A DNA stretch of 32,000 bases from Thermoplasmatales archaeon (GTDB taxonomy: Archaea > Thermoplasmatota > Thermoplasmata > Methanomassiliicoccales > Methanomethylophilaceae), in the NCBI GenBank assembly GCA_012520845.1, contig JAAYNL010000010.1, forward strand, positions 9,058 to 41,057, in the 5' to 3' direction. The notes beneath the pieces were generated by a model, which was not told the DNA's origin, made no database searches, and saw only the letters and a program-made list of their open reading frames with translations. The first letter of the stretch is position 1, and every line of letters begins with the position of its first letter. This document shows, piece by piece, positions 8,765-17,162 of the stretch. The translations under genes were made by a program, and so were the position numbers.

Positions 8765-8779
8765 AATAATCATATTCCT

Positions 8780-10183
8780 ATGAATACCAAATTCATTGCA
8801 GTGCTTGCGGTGGTTGTACTGGTCGCCGCCGGCGCGGGTGCGGCCTATTTCGTACTCGACAAAGAGGAAGGGATAGTCTTCGACGACCCCGCGGTCTTCC
8901 CCATGGACAGTTTGCAGATTTTCGGCAACGCCAACGGGGATTGGACGATTGACGAACAGGATATCCAATACATACAGGACATCATCGACGGAAAGAAGGA
9001 GAAAACCGTGTTCGCCGACGCCAACAGGGACGGGAAAATCGATGAAAAGGACATCGACCAAGTCAACAGGATAATAACCAGGGGTGGCCTCAAGCACATC
9101 TGGCTCGTCGACGGCAACAACACCGTCAAGAAAATAAGGACAAAAATAGATAGAATAGGCGCCGAATACTTCAGCAACACCGAGCTCATGCTCATCCTCG
9201 GGCTTAAGGACAAGGTATACGCCGTAGATTACGCCCCCTATCAGTGCAGGGACGCCTATTTCGGCGCGGGTGCCGCAACTATCAAAAATCTGGGCAACAT
9301 GAGCACGCCCAACTACGAAGAGCTCGTGGCGATGAACCTCGACATAATCCTGACGTTCTCGTACAACGGCGCGGACGTGAAACAGGACAAGATGGGCAGT
9401 AAAACCGACGTGCTCTACCTCGGCATGTACAGACCCGATCTCGTGAATCCCGAATCGTCCGAATATTTCCAGGGGATTTTGAAGGCGGGGTACATTTTCA
9501 ACAAGGTCGATAGGGCCGAGGCCTACAAAGAGTGGCTCCTTCAGCAAAGGACCGCGATTCTCGAAAAGACGGGGACCCTGCAGGATAGCGAGAAGCCCAA
9601 GGTCCTGATGACCAACTTCAGGCAAACCTACTTCCAGGACGGCACTACACAGGACCTCAGCGTCTACACCAGCGTCGACCCGCAGACCCAGGCTTGCATG
9701 CTTGCCGGCGGCAAACCGATAGCGGAGAGCATACTCCCGAAGGAGACGTGGGAAGGCGGCCCGAACAGAACCGTTTACGGCACCAAAGTCGGCATCGAGA
9801 CCGTGAAGGGCGCCAAGCCCGATTACGTGTTCTGCCACCTCGTCAGGCACACCTTCGGCGGCACGACGTTGGCGGATACCCCCGATCACGGGCTCACCGT
9901 CAACGACAACACGAGTATGGAAACGGCGTATAACACCGCGGTCGCCAATGCCGCCACCCTCAAACTCGACACCACCATAACCCTTATGGCGGGCGACTTC
10001 AGGAACGGCGCCACCGGGGGCGTGTTGCATGCCGCGTACATCGCCAAGATAATCAACCCGGAACTCGGCACGCCCGACCCGGTTGCCATGCACGAAACGT
10101 ACGTGAACGACTGGCTCGGGCTTAAGGATTACGACTTCTACCAGAAGGGGGTCTTCACCTACCCCGACCTCAGGCCGCAGTGA
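8780..10183 (+). CDS. ABC transporter substrate-binding protein (FecB/BtuF-like) with N-terminal dockerin-like repeats
   Basis: N-terminal membrane anchor/signal, then GNANGDWTIDEQDIQYIQDII and ADANRDGKIDEKDIDQVNRII (two dockerin-type Ca loops), then periplasmic-binding fold (IGAEYFSNTELMLILGLKDKVYAVDY...NLDIILTFSY). Confidence 0.85.
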   Translation: MNTKFIAVLAVVVLVAAGAGAAYFVLDKEEGIVFDDPAVFPMDSLQIFGNANGDWTIDEQDIQYIQDIIDGKKEKTVFADANRDGKIDEKDIDQVNRIITRGGLKHIWLVDGNNTVKKIRTKIDRIGAEYFSNTELMLILGLKDKVYAVDYAPYQCRDAYFGAGAATIKNLGNMSTPNYEELVAMNLDIILTFSYNGADVKQDKMGSKTDVLYLGMYRPDLVNPESSEYFQGILKAGYIFNKVDRAEAYKEWLLQQRTAILEKTGTLQDSEKPKVLMTNFRQTYFQDGTTQDLSVYTSVDPQTQACMLAGGKPIAESILPKETWEGGPNRTVYGTKVGIETVKGAKPDYVFCHLVRHTFGGTTLADTPDHGLTVNDNTSMETAYNTAVANAATLKLDTTITLMAGDFRNGATGGVLHAAYIAKIINPELGTPDPVAMHETYVNDWLGLKDYDFYQKGVFTYPDLRPQ

Positions 10184-10194
10184 ACGTAAACCCA

Positions 10195-10220
10195 GGGGGG
10201 CAACCCCCTTCTTTTATTTT
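10195..10220 (+). terminator. Hairpin plus U-tract between SBP and permease genes
   Basis: GGGGGGCAACCCCCTTCTTTTATTTT; same architecture as the element after porB. Confidence 0.55.
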
Positions 10221-10234
10221 TATGGGGCATTTGA

Positions 10235-11302
10235 ATGGAACAGGTTGCGGACATCGTCGCCGAAAGGGAGAAACTGAGGATCGTCACCCTGAAAAGGTTC
10301 GCCTTCATCGGCTCCTCCATAGTCGCTTCCGTTTTGTTGATAGGCTACTCGCTCACGGTCGGCACGTACGACATATCCGTGACCGACGTCTACAAAGCCC
10401 TGTTCAATTACTTCATTTACGAAAAGTTCGACGTGTCCGACGATGTGATGCTCGTCGTGAACAGGATAAGGGCGCCCCGCGTCCTGATGGCGTTCGCCGG
10501 CGGCATGGTGCTCGCCATCGGCGGGTGCATCACCCAGACGGTCCTCAGGAACTCGTTGGCGACGCCCTACACGCTGGGGGTCTCCTCCGGCGCTGGTTTC
10601 GGTGCCGCCCTCGCGATACTATTCGGAATCGCCCTGCTCCCGGGGGTTTACGGCATAATACTCAACGCCTTCCTGTTTTCGCTCATACCGGCGGGCGTCG
10701 TCATAATCGCTTCCAAAAGAAGGAACATCACGCCGACGACGATGGTCCTCTGCGGCGTCGCCATATCTTACATATTCAGTGCCAGCAACACCATCTTCCA
10801 ATTCTTCGGGGAGGCGAACGCCGTGAAGAGCGTGGTCTTCTGGATGGTCGGCGACCTCAACTCCATAAAGCTTTCGGACCTGCCCTTCGCCTTCGCCGCG
10901 ACCCTTTTGGCGTTCGTGGCGACGATGCTCATAGCGCGGGACCTCAACATACTCAAGATGGGGGACGACACGGCGAAGAGCCTCGGGGTCAACGCGGAGG
11001 CGCTTAGGACCAGGTCAATCGTCATCGCCTGCTTCACCACCGCGGCGATAGTCAGCTTCACCGGGTCCATAGGCTTCATCTGCCTCCTCGCCCCGCACAT
11101 ATCCAGGATATTCGTCGGCGGGGAGATGACGTATCTCGTGCCGGCGTCCGCGTTCTTCGGGTCCTGCCTGCTGCTCATGGCGGACCTGGTCGCCAAGACG
11201 ATTATAGCGCCGATCATGCTGCCCGTGGGGGCGATCACCGCCCTTATAGGCGGCCCGCTGCTTGTGTTCCTGCTGCTGAGGAAAAGCTCCACCACGCTGT
11301 GA
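10235..11302 (+). CDS. ABC transporter permease, FecCD/BtuC family
   Basis: RAPRVLMAFAGGMVLAIGGCITQTVLRNSLATPYTLGVSSGAGFGAALA and LLAPHISRIFVG typical of FecCD permeases. Confidence 0.92.
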   Translation: MEQVADIVAEREKLRIVTLKRFAFIGSSIVASVLLIGYSLTVGTYDISVTDVYKALFNYFIYEKFDVSDDVMLVVNRIRAPRVLMAFAGGMVLAIGGCITQTVLRNSLATPYTLGVSSGAGFGAALAILFGIALLPGVYGIILNAFLFSLIPAGVVIIASKRRNITPTTMVLCGVAISYIFSASNTIFQFFGEANAVKSVVFWMVGDLNSIKLSDLPFAFAATLLAFVATMLIARDLNILKMGDDTAKSLGVNAEALRTRSIVIACFTTAAIVSFTGSIGFICLLAPHISRIFVGGEMTYLVPASAFFGSCLLLMADLVAKTIIAPIMLPVGAITALIGGPLLVFLLLRKSSTTL

Positions 11303-12085
11303 TCAAAGGACGACCACGTGGGGCCTGCCGTAGTTGTGGTCTATGGCTATGTCCACGCCGTAGGTCTCCTTGATGTTCTCCACCGTTATGACCTCCTCGG
11401 CGGTGCCGGCGTAGGTTATCCTGCCCTCGTCGAGCATGACGAGTTTGTCGCAGTATTTCATCGCCAAATCAATGTCGTGGACGATCGCGCAGACCCCGAC
11501 GCCCTTCTCCCTGACGAGGCGCCTTATCAGCCCCATCACCTCCAGCTGGTACCTTATGTCCAGGTTGCTGGTGGGTTCGTCGAGCAGGAATATCTCCGCC
11601 TCCTGGGCTATGGCCCTCGCCAACAGGACCCTTTGGGTCTGCCCGCTGCTGAGCCTGTCGAATGGCTTCGTCGCCAGATCCTCGACGCCCATGTCGACCA
11701 TGGCCTTCCAGACGATCTCCTCGTCCTGTTCGGTGGATTTCCAGCTAGTGTGCGGCCTCCTGCCCATCATCACGACCTCATAGACCATGGGGGACGACAC
11801 GTCCCTGACGGCGTTCTGGGGCACGTAGCTGATTTTCTTGGAGATCTGCGGCAACGACATCTTCAAGGCGTCCTCGCCGTCTATGGCAATCTCGCCCTGC
11901 TGCGGCGTCAGGATTCTGTTGATGCACTTTATCAGGGTGGTCTTCCCCGAGCCGTTGGGCCCAATGATGCCGAGTACCTCGGATTTGTCCAGGGAGAGGT
12001 TGACGTCCTTGAGGATCGGGGCACTGCCGTATGCGAACGAGACGCCGTTCACAGTGATGTACATCTGGTCCGCGTCGGTTTCCAT
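11303..12085 (-). CDS. ABC transporter ATP-binding protein, FepC/BtuD family
   Basis: Walker A GPNGSGKTT, signature LSSGQTQRV, Walker B EIFLLDEPTSNLD. Confidence 0.93.
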   Translation of the reverse strand: METDADQMYITVNGVSFAYGSAPILKDVNLSLDKSEVLGIIGPNGSGKTTLIKCINRILTPQQGEIAIDGEDALKMSLPQISKKISYVPQNAVRDVSSPMVYEVVMMGRRPHTSWKSTEQDEEIVWKAMVDMGVEDLATKPFDRLSSGQTQRVLLARAIAQEAEIFLLDEPTSNLDIRYQLEVMGLIRRLVREKGVGVCAIVHDIDLAMKYCDKLVMLDEGRITYAGTAEEVITVENIKETYGVDIAIDHNYGRPHVVVL

Positions 12086-12087
12086 TA

Positions 12088-12864
12088 TCAGAGGTTCCTT
12101 TTTATTTTTTCCACCAGCACGTCCGTCAACATGGGGTCTGATCCGATAGGGCCTATGTACCTGACAAAAACTTCCTTGCCGGCGAATTTCGCCTTGCCCT
12201 CTTTGGCACCCTTCTCCAGACCTATTTTCGGCGGGATGTCGTTCTTGATATGGTCACCCAAGGCCATGAACAACGGGAAAACGACGATTTCCTCCGCTCC
12301 ATCTTTCGCAAGCGCCTCCATAGTGTCCTCGATGGACGGTTCGTTGAATTCGTTGAACGCGCCTCGGACATCGCCCAGGCCCATCTTGGATAGTTCCGAT
12401 GCATGGTGGTCGATGGTTTCCTTGTTGTAAGGAAGCCTTGATCCATGCCCCACCACCAGGAACCCGACCTTCCTCCCCTCGGGCGCGAACTGCGAAAGTT
12501 TCTTGTACACCGCCTTAGCCAACACGGGGTCCTTGCCGAAGGGCGTCTCGAACACCACATCGATTTCCTTGCCGCCGATTTTGACTACGCCTTTGGTGTT
12601 GCCCTCGCCGATGCCGATGCTCCGGGGGATGTCCTTCTCGAAGTGTATCCCGGAGGCGATGAAGAACGGCAGGGCAACGAGTTTCTTGACGCCGTCCGCG
12701 GCGATTTTCTCCATCATCTCACCTATAAGCGGCTTGGATGTCTCGTTGTACGCCACGTACACGTTCTTGTAACCCTTCTCCCTTAGCCTCTGGGCCTGGA
12801 GTTCCAGCAATTCCTCGTTGTATTTGTAGCGCGAACCGTGGCCTATTAACAATATTCCTTTCAT
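12088..12864 (-). CDS. cfbA: Sirohydrochlorin nickel/cobalt chelatase, CbiX family with two halves (CfbA-like)
   Basis: Two CbiX-like halves: GILLIGHGSRYKYNEELLE...ALPFFIASGIHFEKDIP and VGFLVVGHGSRLPYNKETID...VFPLFMALGDHIKNDIP. Confidence 0.8.
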   Translation of the reverse strand: MKGILLIGHGSRYKYNEELLELQAQRLREKGYKNVYVAYNETSKPLIGEMMEKIAADGVKKLVALPFFIASGIHFEKDIPRSIGIGEGNTKGVVKIGGKEIDVVFETPFGKDPVLAKAVYKKLSQFAPEGRKVGFLVVGHGSRLPYNKETIDHHASELSKMGLGDVRGAFNEFNEPSIEDTMEALAKDGAEEIVVFPLFMALGDHIKNDIPPKIGLEKGAKEGKAKFAGKEVFVRYIGPIGSDPMLTDVLVEKIKRNL

Positions 12865-13060
12865 TTATGCACTTCCGTATTGTTCCTATGGCGGTACGAC
12901 ACCGTCCGTCGCGACGCCACATTCATAAAGGCATTGCTGAAAGGATATTTAGTATGTTCTTTTTCGTCTTGAGTAATACTGGATATATATTCCAATATGG
13001 CGTGCGTATTATTATTTAAATAAAGATTATCACTAAATACAACGAACGGAATCCGCATCC

Positions 13061-13975
13061 ATGGTTTACGATGGGTTGGCCGTGACCCGCCCGGGTTTCG
13101 ACGTCGGCGGCCTTCCGCCCGAATCGGCTGCGATTTGCGCCGAATGGGGGGAGGCGAGGGACGGGCACCCTTTCTACGGCGAAAGGATGGACCCCGCCGC
13201 CGTCGTGCGTTTCTGGGACGGTGTCGCGTCCGACTACAAAGGGGAGGGGCGCGGCGAGATGATTTCCGCGGTGCTCGGCACGTTAAGGGAGATGGGCGCC
13301 CTGAACGGGACGGTCCTGGACGTCGGTTCCGGCCCCGGCACGTTCTCCCTGCCCTTCGCCGAGACGGCAGAAAAGGTCGTCGCCCTGGATTCCTCCGAGA
13401 AAATGCTTGACGGCCTCATGGCGAAAGCCGACGACCTCGGGCTGTCCAACGTCTCCACTACGCTGATTGATTGGAACGACTACGTCCCGCGGGAAAGGCA
13501 CGACCTGGTCTTCTCCTCCCTGTGCCCCGGCGCGAACTCCCCCGCCTCGATACTGAGGATGGAGGCCGCCTCCAAGGGGAAATGCGCCTACGTTTCGTCC
13601 ATGAACAGGGACGAGTCGGTGAACTTCGAGGTCTGGCGCAGGCTGGGGCGAAAATACACGTATCACGGGTATAACACCGGGTTCCCGTACAGGTTCCTGA
13701 GGTCGATCGGCAGGAAACCGTTCTTCTGCGAAATTTCCTGGGTGCACACGATGGACATCGAGGCTTCGGAACTCATCGAGAGAACCGTCAGGAGTTTCGG
13801 CATCTACGGGAATCTCGACGGAGACGACGTGATGGAGGCGACGACCGCTGCCGTCCACGGCAGGTACGGGAGCGGAAGGATCTCCGAAGATACCACGCTC
13901 AGGGCGGGCCTTCTTGTTTGGGACGTTCCGGGGGACGGGGCCCGGGGCACCGCTAAATACGCAGGGGTGGATTGA
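13061..13975 (+). CDS. SAM-dependent class I methyltransferase, first gene of the F430 operon
   Basis: VLDVGSGPGTFSLPFAETAEKVVALDSSEKML motif I/II; stop 5 nt before the cfbC start. Confidence 0.82.
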   Translation: MVYDGLAVTRPGFDVGGLPPESAAICAEWGEARDGHPFYGERMDPAAVVRFWDGVASDYKGEGRGEMISAVLGTLREMGALNGTVLDVGSGPGTFSLPFAETAEKVVALDSSEKMLDGLMAKADDLGLSNVSTTLIDWNDYVPRERHDLVFSSLCPGANSPASILRMEAASKGKCAYVSSMNRDESVNFEVWRRLGRKYTYHGYNTGFPYRFLRSIGRKPFFCEISWVHTMDIEASELIERTVRSFGIYGNLDGDDVMEATTAAVHGRYGSGRISEDTTLRAGLLVWDVPGDGARGTAKYAGVD

Positions 13976-13980
13976 GGAAT

Positions 13981-14757
13981 ATGCGGAGAATCGCGATCTA
14001 CGGGAAGGGCGGCATAGGGAAATCCACGGTTTCCGCCAACGTCACCGCCGCCATGGCCGACATGGGCCTGACCGTGATGCAGGTCGGCTGCGATCCGAAA
14101 TCCGATTCCACGAAACTGCTCGCCAAGGGCGGACGGAAGGAAACCGTGCTCAACTACCTGAGGGACAACGGCACCGTCGACCTCGACGGCGTCATAACCA
14201 GGGGGTACGGCGGGAGCCTGTGCGTCGAATGCGGCGGCCCCAAGCCCGGCACGGGCTGCGCCGGCCGAGGGATCATCGCCGCCTTCGAGGCCCTCGAGGA
14301 CCACGACGTCATCGGCGAACACTCCCCCGACGTGATCCTGTACGACGTCCTGGGGGACGTGGTGTGCGGCGGCTTCGCCATGCCGATCAGGAACGGGTAC
14401 GCCAGGGACGTATTCATCGTGACCTCCGGGGAAATGATGGCCCTCTACGCCGCGTCGAACATAGCCGAGGCCGTCGACAACTACGCCGCCGACGGCTACG
14501 CCAGGCTCGGCGGCATCATACTCAATGCCAGGGACGTCGAGTCCGAGGACGAGATCGTCGCCAAGGCCGCCGCGGAGATGGGCACGGGGGTCGTCATGAG
14601 GATTGACCGGGACCCCATCGTCCAGGAATGCGAGAACAGGGGGGTGACCGTTGTGGAGGGCGCCCCGGACTCAAGGCAGGCCGGCCTGTACAGAAAATTG
14701 GCTGAAAGGATATTGGAACTGTCGGAGGACTCCGAAGGCGGGATGCGGGGCACCTGA
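13981..14757 (+). CDS. cfbC: Ni-sirohydrochlorin a,c-diamide reductive cyclase, NifH-like reductase component
   Basis: MRRIAIYGKGGIGKSTVSANVTAAMADMGLTVMQVGCDPKSDST; YDVLGDVVCGGFAMP. NifH-like fold in a cfb cluster. Confidence 0.92.
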   Translation: MRRIAIYGKGGIGKSTVSANVTAAMADMGLTVMQVGCDPKSDSTKLLAKGGRKETVLNYLRDNGTVDLDGVITRGYGGSLCVECGGPKPGTGCAGRGIIAAFEALEDHDVIGEHSPDVILYDVLGDVVCGGFAMPIRNGYARDVFIVTSGEMMALYAASNIAEAVDNYAADGYARLGGIILNARDVESEDEIVAKAAAEMGTGVVMRIDRDPIVQECENRGVTVVEGAPDSRQAGLYRKLAERILELSEDSEGGMRGT

Positions 14758-14758
14758 C

Positions 14759-14869
14759 ATGCCCGCGCCGCCCGAGGTCCCAAAAAAGTATTACAATTGG
14801 GAAAACATAACGGGAGGCATGGGTATGGATATCGGATGCCGGGGGTCGGCGGTTGGGGGGTCGCGATGA
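14759..14869 (+). CDS. Possible 36-aa small protein between cfbC and cfbE
   Basis: ATG 1 nt after the cfbC stop; stop TGA overlaps the cfbE ATG; MPAPPEVPKKYYNWENITGGMGMDIGCRGSAVGGSR. Confidence 0.3.
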   Translation: MPAPPEVPKKYYNWENITGGMGMDIGCRGSAVGGSR

Positions 14870-16086
14870 AAATCCTCATCCTCGACACGGTGCACGGCGG
14901 GGACGTCCTGGCCGAGAGGCTCATGACGGACCACGAGGTCGTCTGCAGCGACGTCTACGGCATTACCGACCCGGAAATCGTCGCCAGGCTAAGGTCGATG
15001 TTCGTGGAGGTCAGCCTTTGGGTCCCCCCTCCGGGGGAATACGACCTGGTTCTGAGGCCGGAGCACTGCCCCGATTTCTACCTCAAGGACGTGGAATCCG
15101 AATACGTCGAGAATTTCAGCTGGGCCGTCGGCCAACTGCTTGAGGACGACCGCCCCAGAATCGAGGTGACGGGCGTCAAGGGGAAGACCAGCGTCTGCTA
15201 CCTGCTGGCACACGTCCTTTCCCACGCCGGGAACAAAGTGTTCCTGCACACGTCCCGCGGCAGGGGCGAATACTCCGACGGCAAACACCTCATCTCGGAG
15301 AACATGAGCATAGCCCCGCCCTCCCTGCTGCGGCTGCCCGAGGGCGACTACGACGTCCTCATACAGGAGGTGTCCCTCGGCGGGAGCGGCAAGGCGGACG
15401 TCGCCGTCATCACCAACCTCGCGGAGGACTACGGCATCGCCAAGGACACCAGGAAGGCGTCCGAGGCGAAGAAATGGATACTTTCCGACGGCATCAACGT
15501 CGTCCCCTCGGAAGAGGTCGCTTTTTGGGAGGGTTTGTCCGGCAAAAGGGTCACGGGTTACGGCGGCACCGTTGAATTGGTTTCCGAGCCCAGGGTGGGC
15601 GAGCCGTTGCAGATCAACCTAGACTACATGGGCGTGAGGATGAGGGTCTCCCTGTCCGGCGACTACCTCTCCATTCAATACGTCAAAACCATCGAATGCG
15701 TCGCCAGGGTCTGCGAGGCCATGGGGGACGTGAGCCCCGCCACGCTCTCCAAGGCCCTGACCACGTTCAGGGGGGTCCCCGGCAGGGGCGAGCTCTCCAG
15801 GGAAGGGGGCATGATACGGATCATAGAAAGGAACCCGGGGGTTTCCGCCCTCTCGATAGGGAACACCCTGGCAAGCGTCGACGCCATGGGCGGCCTGGAG
15901 AATTCCTTCGCCATCGTGGACCCGGTCAGCAGGAAGGTGTGCGAGACCCTTGTGCCCGAGGACGTAAAAAGGACGTTCGAATCCCGCGGCGTCCCCTACG
16001 CCGTCACGGAAAAGGGGCGCCCGAGGCCCGTGCCGCCCGAAGGAACGAGGGTCCTAATGGAATTCATAAAGGAAGGGTATCAATGA
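14866..16086 (+). CDS. cfbE: Ni-sirohydrochlorin a,c-diamide synthetase-like Mur ligase (F430 biosynthesis)
   Basis: MKILILDTVHGGDVLAERL...VTGVKGKTSVCYLLAHVLSHAGNKVFLHTSRG; Mur-ligase ATP motif GVKGKTS; position between cfbC and cfbD. Confidence 0.9.
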   Translation: MKILILDTVHGGDVLAERLMTDHEVVCSDVYGITDPEIVARLRSMFVEVSLWVPPPGEYDLVLRPEHCPDFYLKDVESEYVENFSWAVGQLLEDDRPRIEVTGVKGKTSVCYLLAHVLSHAGNKVFLHTSRGRGEYSDGKHLISENMSIAPPSLLRLPEGDYDVLIQEVSLGGSGKADVAVITNLAEDYGIAKDTRKASEAKKWILSDGINVVPSEEVAFWEGLSGKRVTGYGGTVELVSEPRVGEPLQINLDYMGVRMRVSLSGDYLSIQYVKTIECVARVCEAMGDVSPATLSKALTTFRGVPGRGELSREGGMIRIIERNPGVSALSIGNTLASVDAMGGLENSFAIVDPVSRKVCETLVPEDVKRTFESRGVPYAVTEKGRPRPVPPEGTRVLMEFIKEGYQ

Positions 16087-17162
16087 GGGACACCATACAC
16101 CCGAGGCCCAACCCCATAATAGCCGCGTTGTACACCGTGAGGGACCTGGAGGTGGACGTCGCGGTGATACACGGCCCCGCCGGATGCGGCTTCATGGCGT
16201 CACGCATGATCGAGGACGCCGGGGTGCGCGTCGTGACCACGTCCATGAGGGACAGCGACCTTATTTTCGGGGCTTCGGAACCCCTGATATCGACGCTTAG
16301 GAAGGTCAAGGAGAAGTTCGACCCGAAAACCGTCGCCGTAATTGGGTCTTGCGCCAGCATGATCATCGGCGAGGATATGGAGGCGGCAATCGGCCGCGCG
16401 GACATCAGCTGCAACGTCTTCCCGATCGACTGCCACGGATGCATGGGCGACAACACCCGGGGGGCGATCAGGGCGATGGAGGCCGCCGCCAAGGCGGGCA
16501 TCGTCCCGAGGGAAGAGGCGGAGAGGCAGAAATCCCTTTTCAAGGCCGCCACGAGGATGGAGAAGGACGTCGGCATGGCATCCCGGGATTACCTCAAGCC
16601 GGCCAAGGGCGCGACGAAGCACGGCATTGCGAAAAGGATCATCAAAGCCCTCAAAAACGGCAAGAAGGTCGCGGTGGTGATGGTCGGCAAGAAGGAATTG
16701 GCGTACAGGTTCGCCGACATATTCCTGGCGGTGGAGGAGGCCCGCTCCAAACTGGGCGGGGAAACGCTTTACGTGGGCAACCTGAACCCGGACCTCGGCC
16801 TCCCCAGGATCAGGCGCTATGCCAAGGACATCCTGGCCGAGCTCGGGGAAGCGGGGATCTCGCCGAAAATATCCGGCGGCTTGGACGAATACCCGCTGTG
16901 CGGCGCCAAGTCCAAGGAACTCGTGGACGAGTTCGGGCCGGACCTGCTCGTCGTCGCCGGCATCCCCCACGCGTACCCGGAACTCTCGCCGGACAACGTA
17001 CTGATCACGGACCAGCCTCGGCAGCTGGCCAACTACCTCGACTCGGGCCTCGGCCTGGCCGTGGGGGAGATTTCCTCGCACGCCCTGGTGATGAACGTGC
17101 GTTCCATCGTTCCGTTGGAAACGGGCGACACCATCAGGGAGATGCTCGCGGAGGCCGGATGA
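16083..17162 (+). CDS. cfbD: Ni-sirohydrochlorin a,c-diamide reductive cyclase, NifD-like catalytic component
   Basis: MRDTIHPRPNPIIAALYTVRDLEVDVAVIHGPAGCGFMASRMIED...VIGSCASMIIGED...IDCHGCMGDNTRGAI; ATGA overlap with cfbE. Confidence 0.92.
   Translation: MRDTIHPRPNPIIAALYTVRDLEVDVAVIHGPAGCGFMASRMIEDAGVRVVTTSMRDSDLIFGASEPLISTLRKVKEKFDPKTVAVIGSCASMIIGEDMEAAIGRADISCNVFPIDCHGCMGDNTRGAIRAMEAAAKAGIVPREEAERQKSLFKAATRMEKDVGMASRDYLKPAKGATKHGIAKRIIKALKNGKKVAVVMVGKKELAYRFADIFLAVEEARSKLGGETLYVGNLNPDLGLPRIRRYAKDILAELGEAGISPKISGGLDEYPLCGAKSKELVDEFGPDLLVVAGIPHAYPELSPDNVLITDQPRQLANYLDSGLGLAVGEISSHALVMNVRSIVPLETGDTIREMLAEAG

Noticed and set aside
12962-13010. AT-rich partial palindromes (AGTAATACT, TGGATATATATTCCA) between cfbA and the methyltransferase
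   Set aside because: Short imperfect symmetry in an AT-rich divergent promoter region; it does not clearly match the 8740-8764 operator candidate.
15696-16082. N-terminal extension of cfbD overlapping cfbE
   Set aside because: It overlaps cfbE in another frame; ATG 16083 forms a normal ATGA overlap and matches the expected NifD-like N-terminus.
16349-17158. N-terminal extension of cfbB overlapping cfbD
   Set aside because: Basic, low-complexity translation in an alternate frame of cfbD; the CbiA-like domain starts at 17159.
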